The notes beneath the pieces are model-generated. The model was given only the letters and a program-made list of their open reading frames with translations. It had not been told where the DNA came from and did not search any database. Positions 34,085-43,882 of a stretch of 64,000 bases of DNA are shown here, in pieces (position 1 is the first letter of the stretch; the number at the start of each line of letters is the position of its first letter). Origin of the DNA: an uncultured Candidatus Melainabacteria bacterium (GTDB taxonomy: Bacteria; Cyanobacteriota; Vampirovibrionia; Gastranaerophilales; Gastranaerophilaceae); assembly GCA_934754425.1 (NCBI GenBank), contig CAKVIN010000010.1:15075-79074 (forward strand). The letters run 5' to 3'. The position numbers and the translations under genes are program-made.

Positions 34085-35101
34085 ATGGATTTTTTACAAA
34101 ATTTATTTTCTATAAAACAAGAAGATAAAGATTATTCAACAATAAAAACCATATCGTTATTAGGTATGAAGTTTCAATTCAAAAGCTTAAACGAAGCTAA
34201 ATTAGTTAACACTTTAGAGAACTTAGCGAAACAAAATAAAACGAATAACACTTTTTTAAACATTTTATTAAAACCATCTCAATTTCCTAAAGCTAATGGC
34301 AAATTAAGAGAACGTCAATTAAAAATGTTTGAAGTTATGAAAATTGTTGACAAAATTGCAAAAGAAAACAATTTGCAATATTGGTTATCAGAAGGTTCAC
34401 TTTTAGGTGCGGTAAGACACGGCGGCTTCATTCCTTGGGACGACGACGCTGATATTTGTATGTTAAGAGATGATTATTTAAAAATCATTCCACTCCTAAA
34501 AAAATATTTTGAAAATTCTGACACAAAAGTTCGTGAATATTATAAATGCAAAAATGGACGCTGGAATTATCAAGTTTGCATTTGCAACAAAGAAAGTCTA
34601 AACTCTTGGCAAACAGGTGGAGCAAAAAAAGACTGGAGCCTTGATATATTTCCTTTTGATAAATATTATAAATCTGAGATTGATGACAGCGAAAAAGATG
34701 AAATTACAAAAAAAATTAAATATGCAACTTCACTTTTACAAGAAAAATGTACCAAAGACGAAAAATTTGCTATAGATATCGAGAAAGTAAGAAAACACAT
34801 CATTGAGCTTAGAGACAAAATCATACTTAACAACAACGAACAAAAAAATGAAAACATGGCGATTTTCACAGGTATTGATTTTGGATTTATATGTCCAAAA
34901 CGATTTCTCTTTTCCTATGATTGCATATTTCCTACTTCAAAAATCGAATTTGAGGGTTATGAATTTTCTTGCCCAAACAATTTAGATAAATATTTGACGA
35001 ATGCATATGGAGGAGATTATATGTCGCTTCCAAGCGGAATGACGTATGAACAGACACAAAATTGTGTAAATTATTTAAATTTTGACGACATCAAAAAATA
35101 G
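34085..35101 (+). CDS. LicD-family phosphotransferase (phosphocholine/phospho-alcohol transferase)
   Basis: YWLSEGSLLGAVRHGGFIPWDDDADICM is the LicD signature. Confidence 0.8.
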   Translation: MDFLQNLFSIKQEDKDYSTIKTISLLGMKFQFKSLNEAKLVNTLENLAKQNKTNNTFLNILLKPSQFPKANGKLRERQLKMFEVMKIVDKIAKENNLQYWLSEGSLLGAVRHGGFIPWDDDADICMLRDDYLKIIPLLKKYFENSDTKVREYYKCKNGRWNYQVCICNKESLNSWQTGGAKKDWSLDIFPFDKYYKSEIDDSEKDEITKKIKYATSLLQEKCTKDEKFAIDIEKVRKHIIELRDKIILNNNEQKNENMAIFTGIDFGFICPKRFLFSYDCIFPTSKIEFEGYEFSCPNNLDKYLTNAYGGDYMSLPSGMTYEQTQNCVNYLNFDDIKK

Positions 35102-35113
35102 GAATGATTAATT

Positions 35114-35713
35114 GTGGTAAAATTTATTTTTGATTTGGATGGCACGATTACAAAGCAAGAAACATTGCCTTTAATATCCAAAAAATTTAATATTCAACAC
35201 GAAATTGATACTCTCACAATGGAAACGGTTAAAGGAAATATTCCATTCATAGAATCATTCATCAAACGAGTTTATATTTTAGGCAAACTTCCGATAAATG
35301 AAATTTCTGACTTGCTAGAAAATGTTGAACTTTATTCCGGCTTAGTAAAATTTATACAAGAACACAAAGAAAATTGTGTTATTGCAACAGGCAACCTTGA
35401 ATGCTGGATAGATAAATTAATTAAAAAAGTCGGATGTACTTGTTTTTGCTCTGACGAAATAATCAAAGATAATAAAGTCGAAAAATTAACAAAAATATTA
35501 AAAAAAGAAAATTTAGTAGAACGCTTTCAACTGGAAGGCGAAAAAGTAGTATTTATCGGCGATGGGAATAATGATGTAGAAGCAATGCGTTTAGCGGATA
35601 TCTCAATCGCAAGCGGTTTAACTCACAAACCGGCAAACAGCGTTTTATCAATAGTAGATTATTTAGTATTTAGTGAGGAGGCACTATGTCGTCAACTAAA
35701 TCAGTTATTATAA
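35114..35713 (+). CDS. HAD-superfamily (subfamily IB, phosphoserine-phosphatase-like) hydrolase
   Basis: FIFDLDGTIT (DxDGT) and GDGNNDVEAM motifs. GTG start. Confidence 0.75.
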   Translation: MVKFIFDLDGTITKQETLPLISKKFNIQHEIDTLTMETVKGNIPFIESFIKRVYILGKLPINEISDLLENVELYSGLVKFIQEHKENCVIATGNLECWIDKLIKKVGCTCFCSDEIIKDNKVEKLTKILKKENLVERFQLEGEKVVFIGDGNNDVEAMRLADISIASGLTHKPANSVLSIVDYLVFSEEALCRQLNQLL

Positions 35714-36318
35714 GTTGCGCAGGACTTGGTTCCAGATTGGGACTTGCAACAACTAAAGCTTTAATCAATATAGATGGCAGATCTTTAATTCATTGGCAGT
35801 TAGATTTATTGAAAGATGTAGAAGACGTAAGAATTGTTGTCGGTTTTCAAGCTAACGATGTGATTGAAGAAGTAAAAAAATATCGACAAGATGTCGTTTT
35901 TGTTTATAATCATAATTACTTTGAAACAAAAACCGGCGCTAGCTTTTATTTGGGTGCAAAAGACGGGAATGAATACGCAATGAATATTGATGGAGATTTG
36001 CTTATTCATCCGGATGATATGAAAATGTTGTTACAAACAGACGGTGAATGGATTGCTTATGCAGACAAAATGTCTGATGATGCAGTTATGACAAAAACTA
36101 ATCAAAAAGGCGAAGTTCTTTCTTTTTCAAGAGATCAAGGTGATTACGAATGGACTGGACCTTGCTGCATTAAGAAAGACAAGCTAAAATATTCTTCCGG
36201 ACACGTGTTCAATCAGCTTGAACCTTATTTGCCGATAAAAGGAATAAAAATAAGAGCGTGCGATATAGATACTTATGAAGATTATCAAAGAGTTTTAGAG
36301 TTTATAAAGGGATGGTAA
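35686..36318 (+). CDS. Sugar/alcohol-phosphate nucleotidyl(cytidylyl)transferase
   Basis: N-terminal VIISCAGLGSRLG (GxGxR) with TKALINIDGRSLI. Overlaps the HAD gene by 28 nt. Confidence 0.7.
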   Translation: MSSTKSVIISCAGLGSRLGLATTKALINIDGRSLIHWQLDLLKDVEDVRIVVGFQANDVIEEVKKYRQDVVFVYNHNYFETKTGASFYLGAKDGNEYAMNIDGDLLIHPDDMKMLLQTDGEWIAYADKMSDDAVMTKTNQKGEVLSFSRDQGDYEWTGPCCIKKDKLKYSSGHVFNQLEPYLPIKGIKIRACDIDTYEDYQRVLEFIKGW

Positions 36319-36319
36319 A

Positions 36320-37141
36320 TTGAAACTAAAGAAAATTTTAATGAAAATGGCAAAAAAGCCACAAATCAATTTTTTAGTATTTTGGGTTGGTACAAAATGT
36401 TCTCTAAAATGCAAATTATGTTGCAACTTAATTCCTTATGTAAAACAACAATCTTATGACACAAAACAAATTATAAAAGACTTGGAATTTGTAAGCAAAA
36501 ATTCAACAATAAAAAATCTGCAAATCCAAGGTGGTGAACCGTTCACACACCCTCAAATCGCTTCTATTATAGATTCTATTGCCAAACTTGATATAAATAG
36601 AATTTACATTGCAACAAATGGCACAATCGATTTATCAAAAGAAGTACTCGATGCATTAAAGCGAAATCCGAATGTACACATAAGAATTTCTAACTATGAA
36701 TGCGCAGAAATACTACGCAAAAGATTCTGCAAAAAACTCGATGAAAACAACATTTCATATAAAATGTATGAATTTGTACACGGCAATGGAACTTGGTTTT
36801 CAACAGGCGGTATCAATGAAAAAAGAGCGACTGATTCAGAAGTAAAACTTATTTATGAAAAATGCGAAGACAAAGGTTGCATAACTTTAGCAAACGGAAT
36901 AATGACTGTTTGTGGCAAAATTCCATCCATAAAAGAAATTTATAACAGCTATGACAAAACAGCAAATAATGAAATTAATGTAAGACACATAAATTCATTT
37001 ATACCATATCTAAAAAATTTAACCTTGAAACGTAAAATTGTTAAATTCTACGCTAATTACAATAATTACAAAGAACAATGCAGATATTGTAAAATAGCTG
37101 AAGGAGAATATCCGGCTGCTGAACAGATTATTGACAAGTAA
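36320..37141 (+). CDS. Radical SAM enzyme
   Basis: GTKCSLKCKLCCN (CX3CX2C) near the N-terminus, GGEPF, and a further Cys pair (CRYC) near the C-terminus. Start codon uncertain (TTG 36320 or a downstream ATG). Confidence 0.65.
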   Translation: MKLKKILMKMAKKPQINFLVFWVGTKCSLKCKLCCNLIPYVKQQSYDTKQIIKDLEFVSKNSTIKNLQIQGGEPFTHPQIASIIDSIAKLDINRIYIATNGTIDLSKEVLDALKRNPNVHIRISNYECAEILRKRFCKKLDENNISYKMYEFVHGNGTWFSTGGINEKRATDSEVKLIYEKCEDKGCITLANGIMTVCGKIPSIKEIYNSYDKTANNEINVRHINSFIPYLKNLTLKRKIVKFYANYNNYKEQCRYCKIAEGEYPAAEQIIDK

Positions 37142-37203
37142 TAAGTGGAGAAAATGTTTTGAAAATAGGTATTATAACCGAAGAGTTGTCGTAACAATAC
37201 GCA

Positions 37204-37446
37204 CTATGCAGCTTCTGTAGATAGATATTTGGCTGATTTAGCTACAACACCATAGCAAACCATTGTTAAATGATTATTTAATGCCAACATTGTTCTAAAA
37301 TTATTTGCGGAACAATTCATTGCACTCATCATATCATCAGCTGAAACTCTTGATTGTAAAGCTCCATCCTCGTGATTATCAACTTTTTCTTGTGCATATT
37401 TTTCTACTAATAATTTGTCAATAAAATCTCTTGCGCCAATTGCCAT
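37204..37446 (-). CDS. Small protein (80 aa), unknown function
   Basis: AGGAG lies 9 nt upstream of the ATG. Preceded by a bipartite module and a ~125-nt leader. Confidence 0.5.
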   Translation of the reverse strand: MAIGARDFIDKLLVEKYAQEKVDNHEDGALQSRVSADDMMSAMNCSANNFRTMLALNNHLTMVCYGVVAKSAKYLSTEAA

Positions 37447-37572
37447 AATAAATACTCCTATATAATCTATTTTCGCTCTCTTTAGACAAAGTTTACTAAA
37501 CCCATAAAGAATTATCTTTTGGACTTTTTGTCGTTTGGGGTTTTGCTCTCTCTATCCTTGTTATTTCTTATG

Positions 37573-37627
37573 TATATATAAAGTATTTATCGAATAAAAA
37601 ATTGCCTTTTTTCTTTTGTTTTGTTAA
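37573..37627 (-). promoter_or_regulatory. Bipartite module (ACTTTATATATACA box; degenerate palindrome CTTAACAAAACAAAAG)
   Basis: Lies just downstream of the terminator of 37721..39478 and ~125 nt upstream of ATG 37446. Confidence 0.35.
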
Positions 37628-37666
37628 GTTTCATTAAGACAGCTTCTAAAAGTCGCTTATAATAAC

Positions 37667-37705
37667 AAAAAAAACGAACCTAAATAATTTAGATTCGTTT
37701 TTTAA
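37667..37705 (-). terminator. Rho-independent (bidirectional-looking) terminator after the ShlB/FhaC-type gene
   Basis: AACGAACCTAAAT-a-ATTTAGATTCGTT flanked by A8 and T6. Confidence 0.75.
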
Positions 37706-37720
37706 TTTTTATATCACATT

Positions 37721-39478
37721 CTATAATTTTTGTGGATTTCTAAGTGGGATTAATCTATCCAAATCAGAGTTTACGCTAAAGTAAAATCTTGCGGTATTTT
37801 CATTATAAGAACGACCGAGAGGGAAACCAACACCAACTTGAGCTGTTAGCCAATCAGTAAAGTTTACATATGTACCGAAACCAACTGAATGTAAGAATGT
37901 TTGCGGATAATTATAGATATGTCCGTTTTCGCCTAACCAACCCCAATCATAGAATACTGCTAACTTTAAGCGTTCATCTATTTTTTGAGAGATTTTATTC
38001 ATAAACGGAACAGGGAATCTATATTCTACAGTACCTGTAACACCATAATCACCGATTAATTCAGCAGGTTGGTAACCTCTTAATGTGTAAGGACCACCCA
38101 TTTGCATTTGTTCCGCTGCAAACAATTTGTTAGGTGAATATTGTCCGTTAACTCTTACGATACCAAGACCTCTACCGAACAATCTTTGTACACGAGTTAC
38201 GCCACCGGTTAACTTGAAGAATGTTGTATCTTGAATTGCACCGTGACCATCACCGCCCATACCAAAATCAAATCCAACATTACCTAACCAACGACCATAG
38301 CTATCATCAGTCATACCATAGAAACCATTTCGCCATACATTTAAGTTGTAGTTAGATAATCTCATCGGATTTCCGCTCACTGTAGCAGAAGTATCAGCAT
38401 TTACATAATCATAACCTGTATAGAAAATCAAATCAGATTTAGCTGTTTGAATAATTGGTTGAGTTAATTTAAAGAAATAACTTTGTGCGTTACCTTTAAC
38501 ATTTAAGTTCTTGTAAGGTCCACCCAATCTTACGTGAGAATCAGAAAAATCGAATGACAATCTTGTACCATAATTAGATACCGGAAGTGAATATCCTGCC
38601 ATCCAACCGGTAGCTCCTGATGATAAGATTGTACCGCCATATATTTTGTCACCTAAACCGGTCAAGTTATCCATCCCTACTAAGAATGAAACTCTTTGAG
38701 CACCTGTATAAGAACGACCGTAGTCATCATATGAGAAATTCAAGTTAACTGGAAATCTATCACGAACATTCAATGTGATTGTTGTATTTTCATCACCTTC
38801 AGCCTGTCTTTCAACTTCTGTTTGAACTTGAACATAATCTTCTCTATTTATTTCTTTCATAGCTCTTTGAAGGTTTTTAGCATTGAATACATCGCCTTCT
38901 CTCAAGCCTGCTTTACCCATAATAATGTGTTTCAAGTACCATTCACGAGTCCATTTTTCACCCTCAATGTTCATCTCGCCAACTTTACTTTCAACAATTT
39001 TAATAGTTGCAACACCATCCACTATTCTTTGTGGCGGTACTGTTGCATATGAAGTCAAATAGCCTTTTGCACGATAATAATTTGTTACTTTTTGACAAAC
39101 TTCTAACAATTCATCAAAATAAATATCTTCACCTAGAACTTCATTACCCAAAGCTTCCAGTTCTGTTGTAGGTATTTTTGTATTACCTTCAAAATTTATT
39201 CTTTGTAACAAAAAGTGTGGGTTATATAACAAACCTTCTCTTGCTTGGTTTTCTTCAACCGTAGCATCATAAATCTGTTCATCTTTATTTACATCGTCAA
39301 AAGATTGAATATAGCTCTTGTCGATTTCGTAATGATTAATATTCTGCATTTCAGTTCTATTAAATGCACCGGGGTTGTATCCGCCAACTTCTGCTTGCAT
39401 TGGGAAAACATCTGCGAAAGCCTTTGGCATCATCAAAATACAAAATAACGCTAATGCGTAAGTTATTTGTTTTTTCAT
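37721..39478 (-). CDS. ShlB/FhaC/HecB-type (TpsB, Omp85-superfamily) outer-membrane transporter with POTRA domain
   Basis: Signal peptide MKKQITYALALFCILMMPKAFA. POTRA-like INFEGNTKIPTTELEALG...IKIVESKVGEMNIEG, followed by a long beta-barrel with alternating aromatic pattern. Confidence 0.75.
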   Translation of the reverse strand: MKKQITYALALFCILMMPKAFADVFPMQAEVGGYNPGAFNRTEMQNINHYEIDKSYIQSFDDVNKDEQIYDATVEENQAREGLLYNPHFLLQRINFEGNTKIPTTELEALGNEVLGEDIYFDELLEVCQKVTNYYRAKGYLTSYATVPPQRIVDGVATIKIVESKVGEMNIEGEKWTREWYLKHIIMGKAGLREGDVFNAKNLQRAMKEINREDYVQVQTEVERQAEGDENTTITLNVRDRFPVNLNFSYDDYGRSYTGAQRVSFLVGMDNLTGLGDKIYGGTILSSGATGWMAGYSLPVSNYGTRLSFDFSDSHVRLGGPYKNLNVKGNAQSYFFKLTQPIIQTAKSDLIFYTGYDYVNADTSATVSGNPMRLSNYNLNVWRNGFYGMTDDSYGRWLGNVGFDFGMGGDGHGAIQDTTFFKLTGGVTRVQRLFGRGLGIVRVNGQYSPNKLFAAEQMQMGGPYTLRGYQPAELIGDYGVTGTVEYRFPVPFMNKISQKIDERLKLAVFYDWGWLGENGHIYNYPQTFLHSVGFGTYVNFTDWLTAQVGVGFPLGRSYNENTARFYFSVNSDLDRLIPLRNPQKL

Positions 39479-39534
39479 CGTTTCAATATTCCTAATTCTT
39501 AATTATTGGGTTGTAATATTATTGTACAATTGAC

Positions 39535-39563
39535 ATTATATTTCAATTAAAAACCCAAAACAA
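39535..39563 (-). promoter_or_regulatory. Sigma70-type promoter TTGTTT-N17-TATAAT for 37721..39478
   Basis: Read on the minus strand. A TTTGTnACAAA palindrome (39578..39588) lies ~15 nt upstream of the -35. Confidence 0.45.
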
Positions 39564-39735
39564 ATTTTTATTGCCAATTTGTTACAAAATATTAATCAAC
39601 ATATATTATATTTTAACTCATATATTACGCTTTGTAAAGATTTTTATATATTTACGTTATAAATCATGTAAATAGTGGAATTAACAAAGTATATAGCAAT
39701 ATTTTTGTTACAAAAATTTACAAAGGAGTTTAAAA

Positions 39736-40050
39736 TTGGTTGCGGCTATTAATGCAATAAGTTCATCAGGTTATGATGCGGAGTATCAAAGAATACTTCA
39801 AGAACTAATGCGACTTGGCATTTCGCCTAGCGGCAACAAAACTATTGATAAAGGCAAGCTTGAACAAGCCAAAACCGAATTAATACAGAAAATTCAAAAT
39901 AAAAATCAAGAAGAAGAAAAAAACGAATTACAAGTTGAAACTATCGGTGCTGTTCAAGATTCACAAGATTCTAAGCGTGCTCAAATGGAAGAACAGCGTT
40001 TAGGAGCTATGACAATTGCTGAATTAAACAGAATGTATTTTGGAATTTAA
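39736..40050 (+). CDS. Small acidic coiled-coil protein (104 aa), unknown function
   Basis: TTG start 8 nt after AAAGGAG. Ser-rich N-terminus, then a KQ/E-rich helix. Confidence 0.45.
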   Translation: MVAAINAISSSGYDAEYQRILQELMRLGISPSGNKTIDKGKLEQAKTELIQKIQNKNQEEEKNELQVETIGAVQDSQDSKRAQMEEQRLGAMTIAELNRMYFGI

Positions 40051-40248
40051 AACAAATAATATTTATTTTTGCCTAAGTGGTTTATTTTTTACAATTTCGG
40101 ATTGTAAATTTATATTGTTCTTGATATACTTCATTTGTGTATTGTGCAGTGTGTATTCATTGTAAATAAATGTAAAGTTCATGCTCAAATATTAGCAAAA
40201 AATATTTTTTTTAGAACTTTAAATATATAGTTACCAGATGGGGTTTGT

Positions 40249-41322
40249 ATGATTGGACCAATTAAACTAACAGAAAATAATCTTAGATTTGGTGCCAAAC
40301 CGGAGAAGAAAGAAAGCGGTGAGGCAGAATCTCGTATTCTTCCAAACACTCTTAAAACAAGGGTTGAACAGAAGTTTCAAAAAACAAGTAATGCAATTTT
40401 GCAGTATCCGGTAAAAGGTTTAAGAGGTGATGTAAACTCAGACTTTTACGAATTTTTGTCAATGGGAATCGTACCTTATGTAGTAGGTAGCGGCATGTTT
40501 ATGGGATTATTCAACATGCTAAAAGATTTGAATCCAAAATCTCAAAAAATTGCAAGCATTAATGGTAACAAAATGGCTTTGGGAGTTGTTTTATATGGTC
40601 TTATGAAAACACTTTCAAATGATTTAGTAACTAGACCTGTTTATTGGGGAACCGGAGTTGACATAGAACTTCCGATTGAGCATGTTTATTATCCGCTTCC
40701 AAAAGAAGCCGGAGAAGCTGCAAACATCATCCCTCAAATTCAACAAAGAAAAGTTTATGACAGTAGAGAATTTTTCAGAAAAGATTTAATCCAAAAAGAT
40801 TATGGTATTGAATATTATGATAAAATCGCTAAAAAGATTGGTTTAGGCGAAAATCTAAACGATTCCGTAACAGAAACAACTCCTATTATTCAAAGCATTG
40901 TTTCGACCACAAAAACAGCAAAAAGTTTATCTTCTTATGCTTGGGCAGGAGTTGGGATTGGTTTAGCAATGCAAAATAGCTGGAGCAATTTCTTCGACGC
41001 TATAGCAAATAGAAAACGTCACATCGCAAAACCTAACGAAGGTTTAGCAACAAAAATCGGCAGTCGCATGAAAAATGCCGGAGAAAATTTTGTTGACATC
41101 TCAAAAACATTTGGAAAATCTTTTACAGAAGCTTGTAAAACTCTTTGGACCGGTGAAGCAGGAAAAAGCGGTTTTATGAAACATGCCGGCAAAGGCTGGT
41201 TAATGTTTACAACAGCATTAACAGTCGGCAGCGTTGCAAATGTTATTCACAAGGCAAGACATATGGGCAAATTGGCAAACAAAGATATTATGGACAAATC
41301 TAAAGAAAGCACGGTGATTTAG
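40249..41322 (+). CDS. Membrane protein, unknown function (distant N-terminal similarity to 41324..43882)
   Basis: 357 aa with hydrophobic segments (MGIVPYVVGSGMFMGLF; MALGVVLYGLM; AWAGVGIGLAM; WLMFTTALTVGSVA). An ACTTTAAATATATAG box lies 19 nt upstream. Confidence 0.55.
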   Translation: MIGPIKLTENNLRFGAKPEKKESGEAESRILPNTLKTRVEQKFQKTSNAILQYPVKGLRGDVNSDFYEFLSMGIVPYVVGSGMFMGLFNMLKDLNPKSQKIASINGNKMALGVVLYGLMKTLSNDLVTRPVYWGTGVDIELPIEHVYYPLPKEAGEAANIIPQIQQRKVYDSREFFRKDLIQKDYGIEYYDKIAKKIGLGENLNDSVTETTPIIQSIVSTTKTAKSLSSYAWAGVGIGLAMQNSWSNFFDAIANRKRHIAKPNEGLATKIGSRMKNAGENFVDISKTFGKSFTEACKTLWTGEAGKSGFMKHAGKGWLMFTTALTVGSVANVIHKARHMGKLANKDIMDKSKESTVI

Positions 41323-41323
41323 T

Positions 41324-43882
41324 ATGGCTATAAATTCTATTACACCAAATAAAATTGATAATAATACTAAAATACACAAGCCTTATCGTGAGGCTACCGG
41401 CACAATTAGAACGGACAACAATGTTAAACCGTTACCGGCACAAGGTCATCTTGTTCACGATTCTATAGTAACTGTTCCAAAATATTTCTTAAAAGATGCA
41501 GCTTATGATATAAAAGCCATAAAAGACGGTTTTCAAGGCAATGCAAATGACCACCAATTAGGCAGACTTAACGATGTTGGCTTAAAACTTGGCGGTATTG
41601 GAATTGCTACAACATTAGCTGCAAGAACAAAAAATCCAATGCTTAGAATTATGGAATATGCAGGATTGGGAGCATTTCTTGCTTCAATGTCTTTATATCC
41701 AAAAGTTGCAATCAATGCACCTTCAAGAATTGTACAAGGCTTTGATATCGGTAAAGAATATATTGATGACCAAGGTCGTAAGAAAACTGTTTTACAAGAC
41801 CCTAACTACGTACCATTTGATATGTACCAAGGCGAATACCCAGGTGAAGATTTAGATATAATCGGCGACAGAATGGGATTACCAAGAGGTATTAAAAACA
41901 GAAACGATTTAATAAAAGAACAAATGAGAAAAATCGCAATCCAAAATAACACATTATGGATGATGACAGCCGGTGTTGCAACTCCTGTGATTACGGCATT
42001 AATGTGTTGCGGATTAGAAAAAATGATTTCTCCGGCTTTAGAAAGCGCAAGAAATGTTAAATATAATTCTCAAATAAAAAATGCTCTGGCAAAAACAACA
42101 AATATGTCAGACGATGTAAATTCAATTTCCGCTAATAGTTTAAGCAAAGAAGTTAAGAAAATTGTTGAAAATTACAAAGGCAAAGAATTACCGGAAGCTG
42201 AGTTTAATAATTTAGTAAGAATGTTTACAATAGAAATGGATGCTAACGCTTCTGAAGGTATTAAAGAAGACTTAACAAAATTATTTAGAAACGGAAACTC
42301 TTATTCACTTCAAGACAACACTTCAGACAAGATTATAAGTTCTATCAAGAAAAATATTCCATCCAGAAATCAAGCTGTTTTAGAAAAAATATTTGTACCA
42401 ACAAACGAAGAAGCTTCTGCAATACTTGACAAATACGGCAAAAACATAACTTCTGAACAATTGATGAACATAAAAGGCGAATTCAGACAATTATTTGAAA
42501 GTAAAATGGCTGCAGAAAAAGGTGTTTCTCAAGAAGCATTAAAAGCTTATCAAAACGAAGTTTTAGAAAAAATTTCAAATAAATTACAGAAACATCCTTC
42601 TCAGGTTGTTGACGAATCTAAAATTAAAAATGTTGTTGATTTTGCAAAAGTTCTAGGTGAGTTTAAAGAAAACCAAAAAGTTCTTGATAAGTGCAAATCA
42701 TTCAAGATAGAATACGCTCCTGAAACCGTTTTAGCAAAATCTTACGGCAAATTTGAAAGCACACTACTTGACGTATTGGATATTAAATTCAAAGATTTGA
42801 AACAAATGCGCCAATCAGAAAAATATACTCAAGAAATTCTTGATAAAAAATTGCAAGAATTGGCAAAAGATGATGTGAAATATCAAAAAGCCGTAGAAAA
42901 ACTTACCGAAGTTATGAGCGACATGGAAATCAAGCTTAATGGTAAAGGCGAAACGGACTCTCATTTAAAAGATTTGATTACAGGTATCGAAAATAATTAT
43001 AACAACACAGCAAAACGCTTGAACAGCATTGGCGAATTCAAAAACACAATTGATAAACTTGTAAAAGAAGACGTATCTACTTTATCAAATTCTGTTGAAA
43101 ACAGACAAGAATTATTTGATTTATTAGACGGTGTTAAAAAAGATAAATATGCCGGTGTAAATTATTGGGGACTAAAAGATGCAGAACAACTTCAATATGC
43201 AAAAGATAATGCTAAAGGTGTAGGTTCTTCTAAAAATCTTGAAATTTCCAGAATTATTGAACGCTATCAAGGTGCTAAAAATTCTTTCAACAGAGTGTTA
43301 CATATGTTAGATACATATAAACGTCCGGAAGCAGAAGGCGAATATGCAAAATCAGTATTAGCAAAAGGCAAAGAAGCTATTTTAAATGCAACTTCTTCTG
43401 ACCATACAATGAAATTGAACACTATAAATAATCCTGAATATTATAAAGACGTTATGCGTACAACTTGGAATCCAAATAATATTCAAGAAAGCACAAAAGA
43501 AGCTATGAAAATTTCAAATAATTTAGAAACCGGTGACGTTGCAGGCAGATTTGCTAAATATTTGAAACGCTTCCAAGATGTTATAGCAAATAACAATATT
43601 GACTTTACTAAACCATATCATATACTTGACGGTGGTGCGCCAATGCAATACACTAAATCAGAATTAACCAGAATGTCTAAATTTAACCTTATAGCTCAAA
43701 ATTCAGTAGACTTGGTTAAGAATGCTGCAGAAAGAAGATATGGCAACCAAAAATGGTTAAGAGTTGCTTCCGCTATCGGCGGAACAGTAGTAGGTGCAAC
43801 AATACTTGCACAATTCGGATTCGGAAAAATAAGAAACCCTCATAATATAGAGAAGCAGGTGAGTGATGATGCAAATATCTAA
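41324..43882 (+). CDS. Large membrane-anchored protein (852 aa), unknown function
   Basis: Starts 1 nt after the preceding stop. N-terminal hydrophobic segments, a ~550-aa Lys/Glu-rich helical region and a C-terminal TM (VASAIGGTVVGATILAQFGF). Confidence 0.55.
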   Translation: MAINSITPNKIDNNTKIHKPYREATGTIRTDNNVKPLPAQGHLVHDSIVTVPKYFLKDAAYDIKAIKDGFQGNANDHQLGRLNDVGLKLGGIGIATTLAARTKNPMLRIMEYAGLGAFLASMSLYPKVAINAPSRIVQGFDIGKEYIDDQGRKKTVLQDPNYVPFDMYQGEYPGEDLDIIGDRMGLPRGIKNRNDLIKEQMRKIAIQNNTLWMMTAGVATPVITALMCCGLEKMISPALESARNVKYNSQIKNALAKTTNMSDDVNSISANSLSKEVKKIVENYKGKELPEAEFNNLVRMFTIEMDANASEGIKEDLTKLFRNGNSYSLQDNTSDKIISSIKKNIPSRNQAVLEKIFVPTNEEASAILDKYGKNITSEQLMNIKGEFRQLFESKMAAEKGVSQEALKAYQNEVLEKISNKLQKHPSQVVDESKIKNVVDFAKVLGEFKENQKVLDKCKSFKIEYAPETVLAKSYGKFESTLLDVLDIKFKDLKQMRQSEKYTQEILDKKLQELAKDDVKYQKAVEKLTEVMSDMEIKLNGKGETDSHLKDLITGIENNYNNTAKRLNSIGEFKNTIDKLVKEDVSTLSNSVENRQELFDLLDGVKKDKYAGVNYWGLKDAEQLQYAKDNAKGVGSSKNLEISRIIERYQGAKNSFNRVLHMLDTYKRPEAEGEYAKSVLAKGKEAILNATSSDHTMKLNTINNPEYYKDVMRTTWNPNNIQESTKEAMKISNNLETGDVAGRFAKYLKRFQDVIANNNIDFTKPYHILDGGAPMQYTKSELTRMSKFNLIAQNSVDLVKNAAERRYGNQKWLRVASAIGGTVVGATILAQFGFGKIRNPHNIEKQVSDDANI

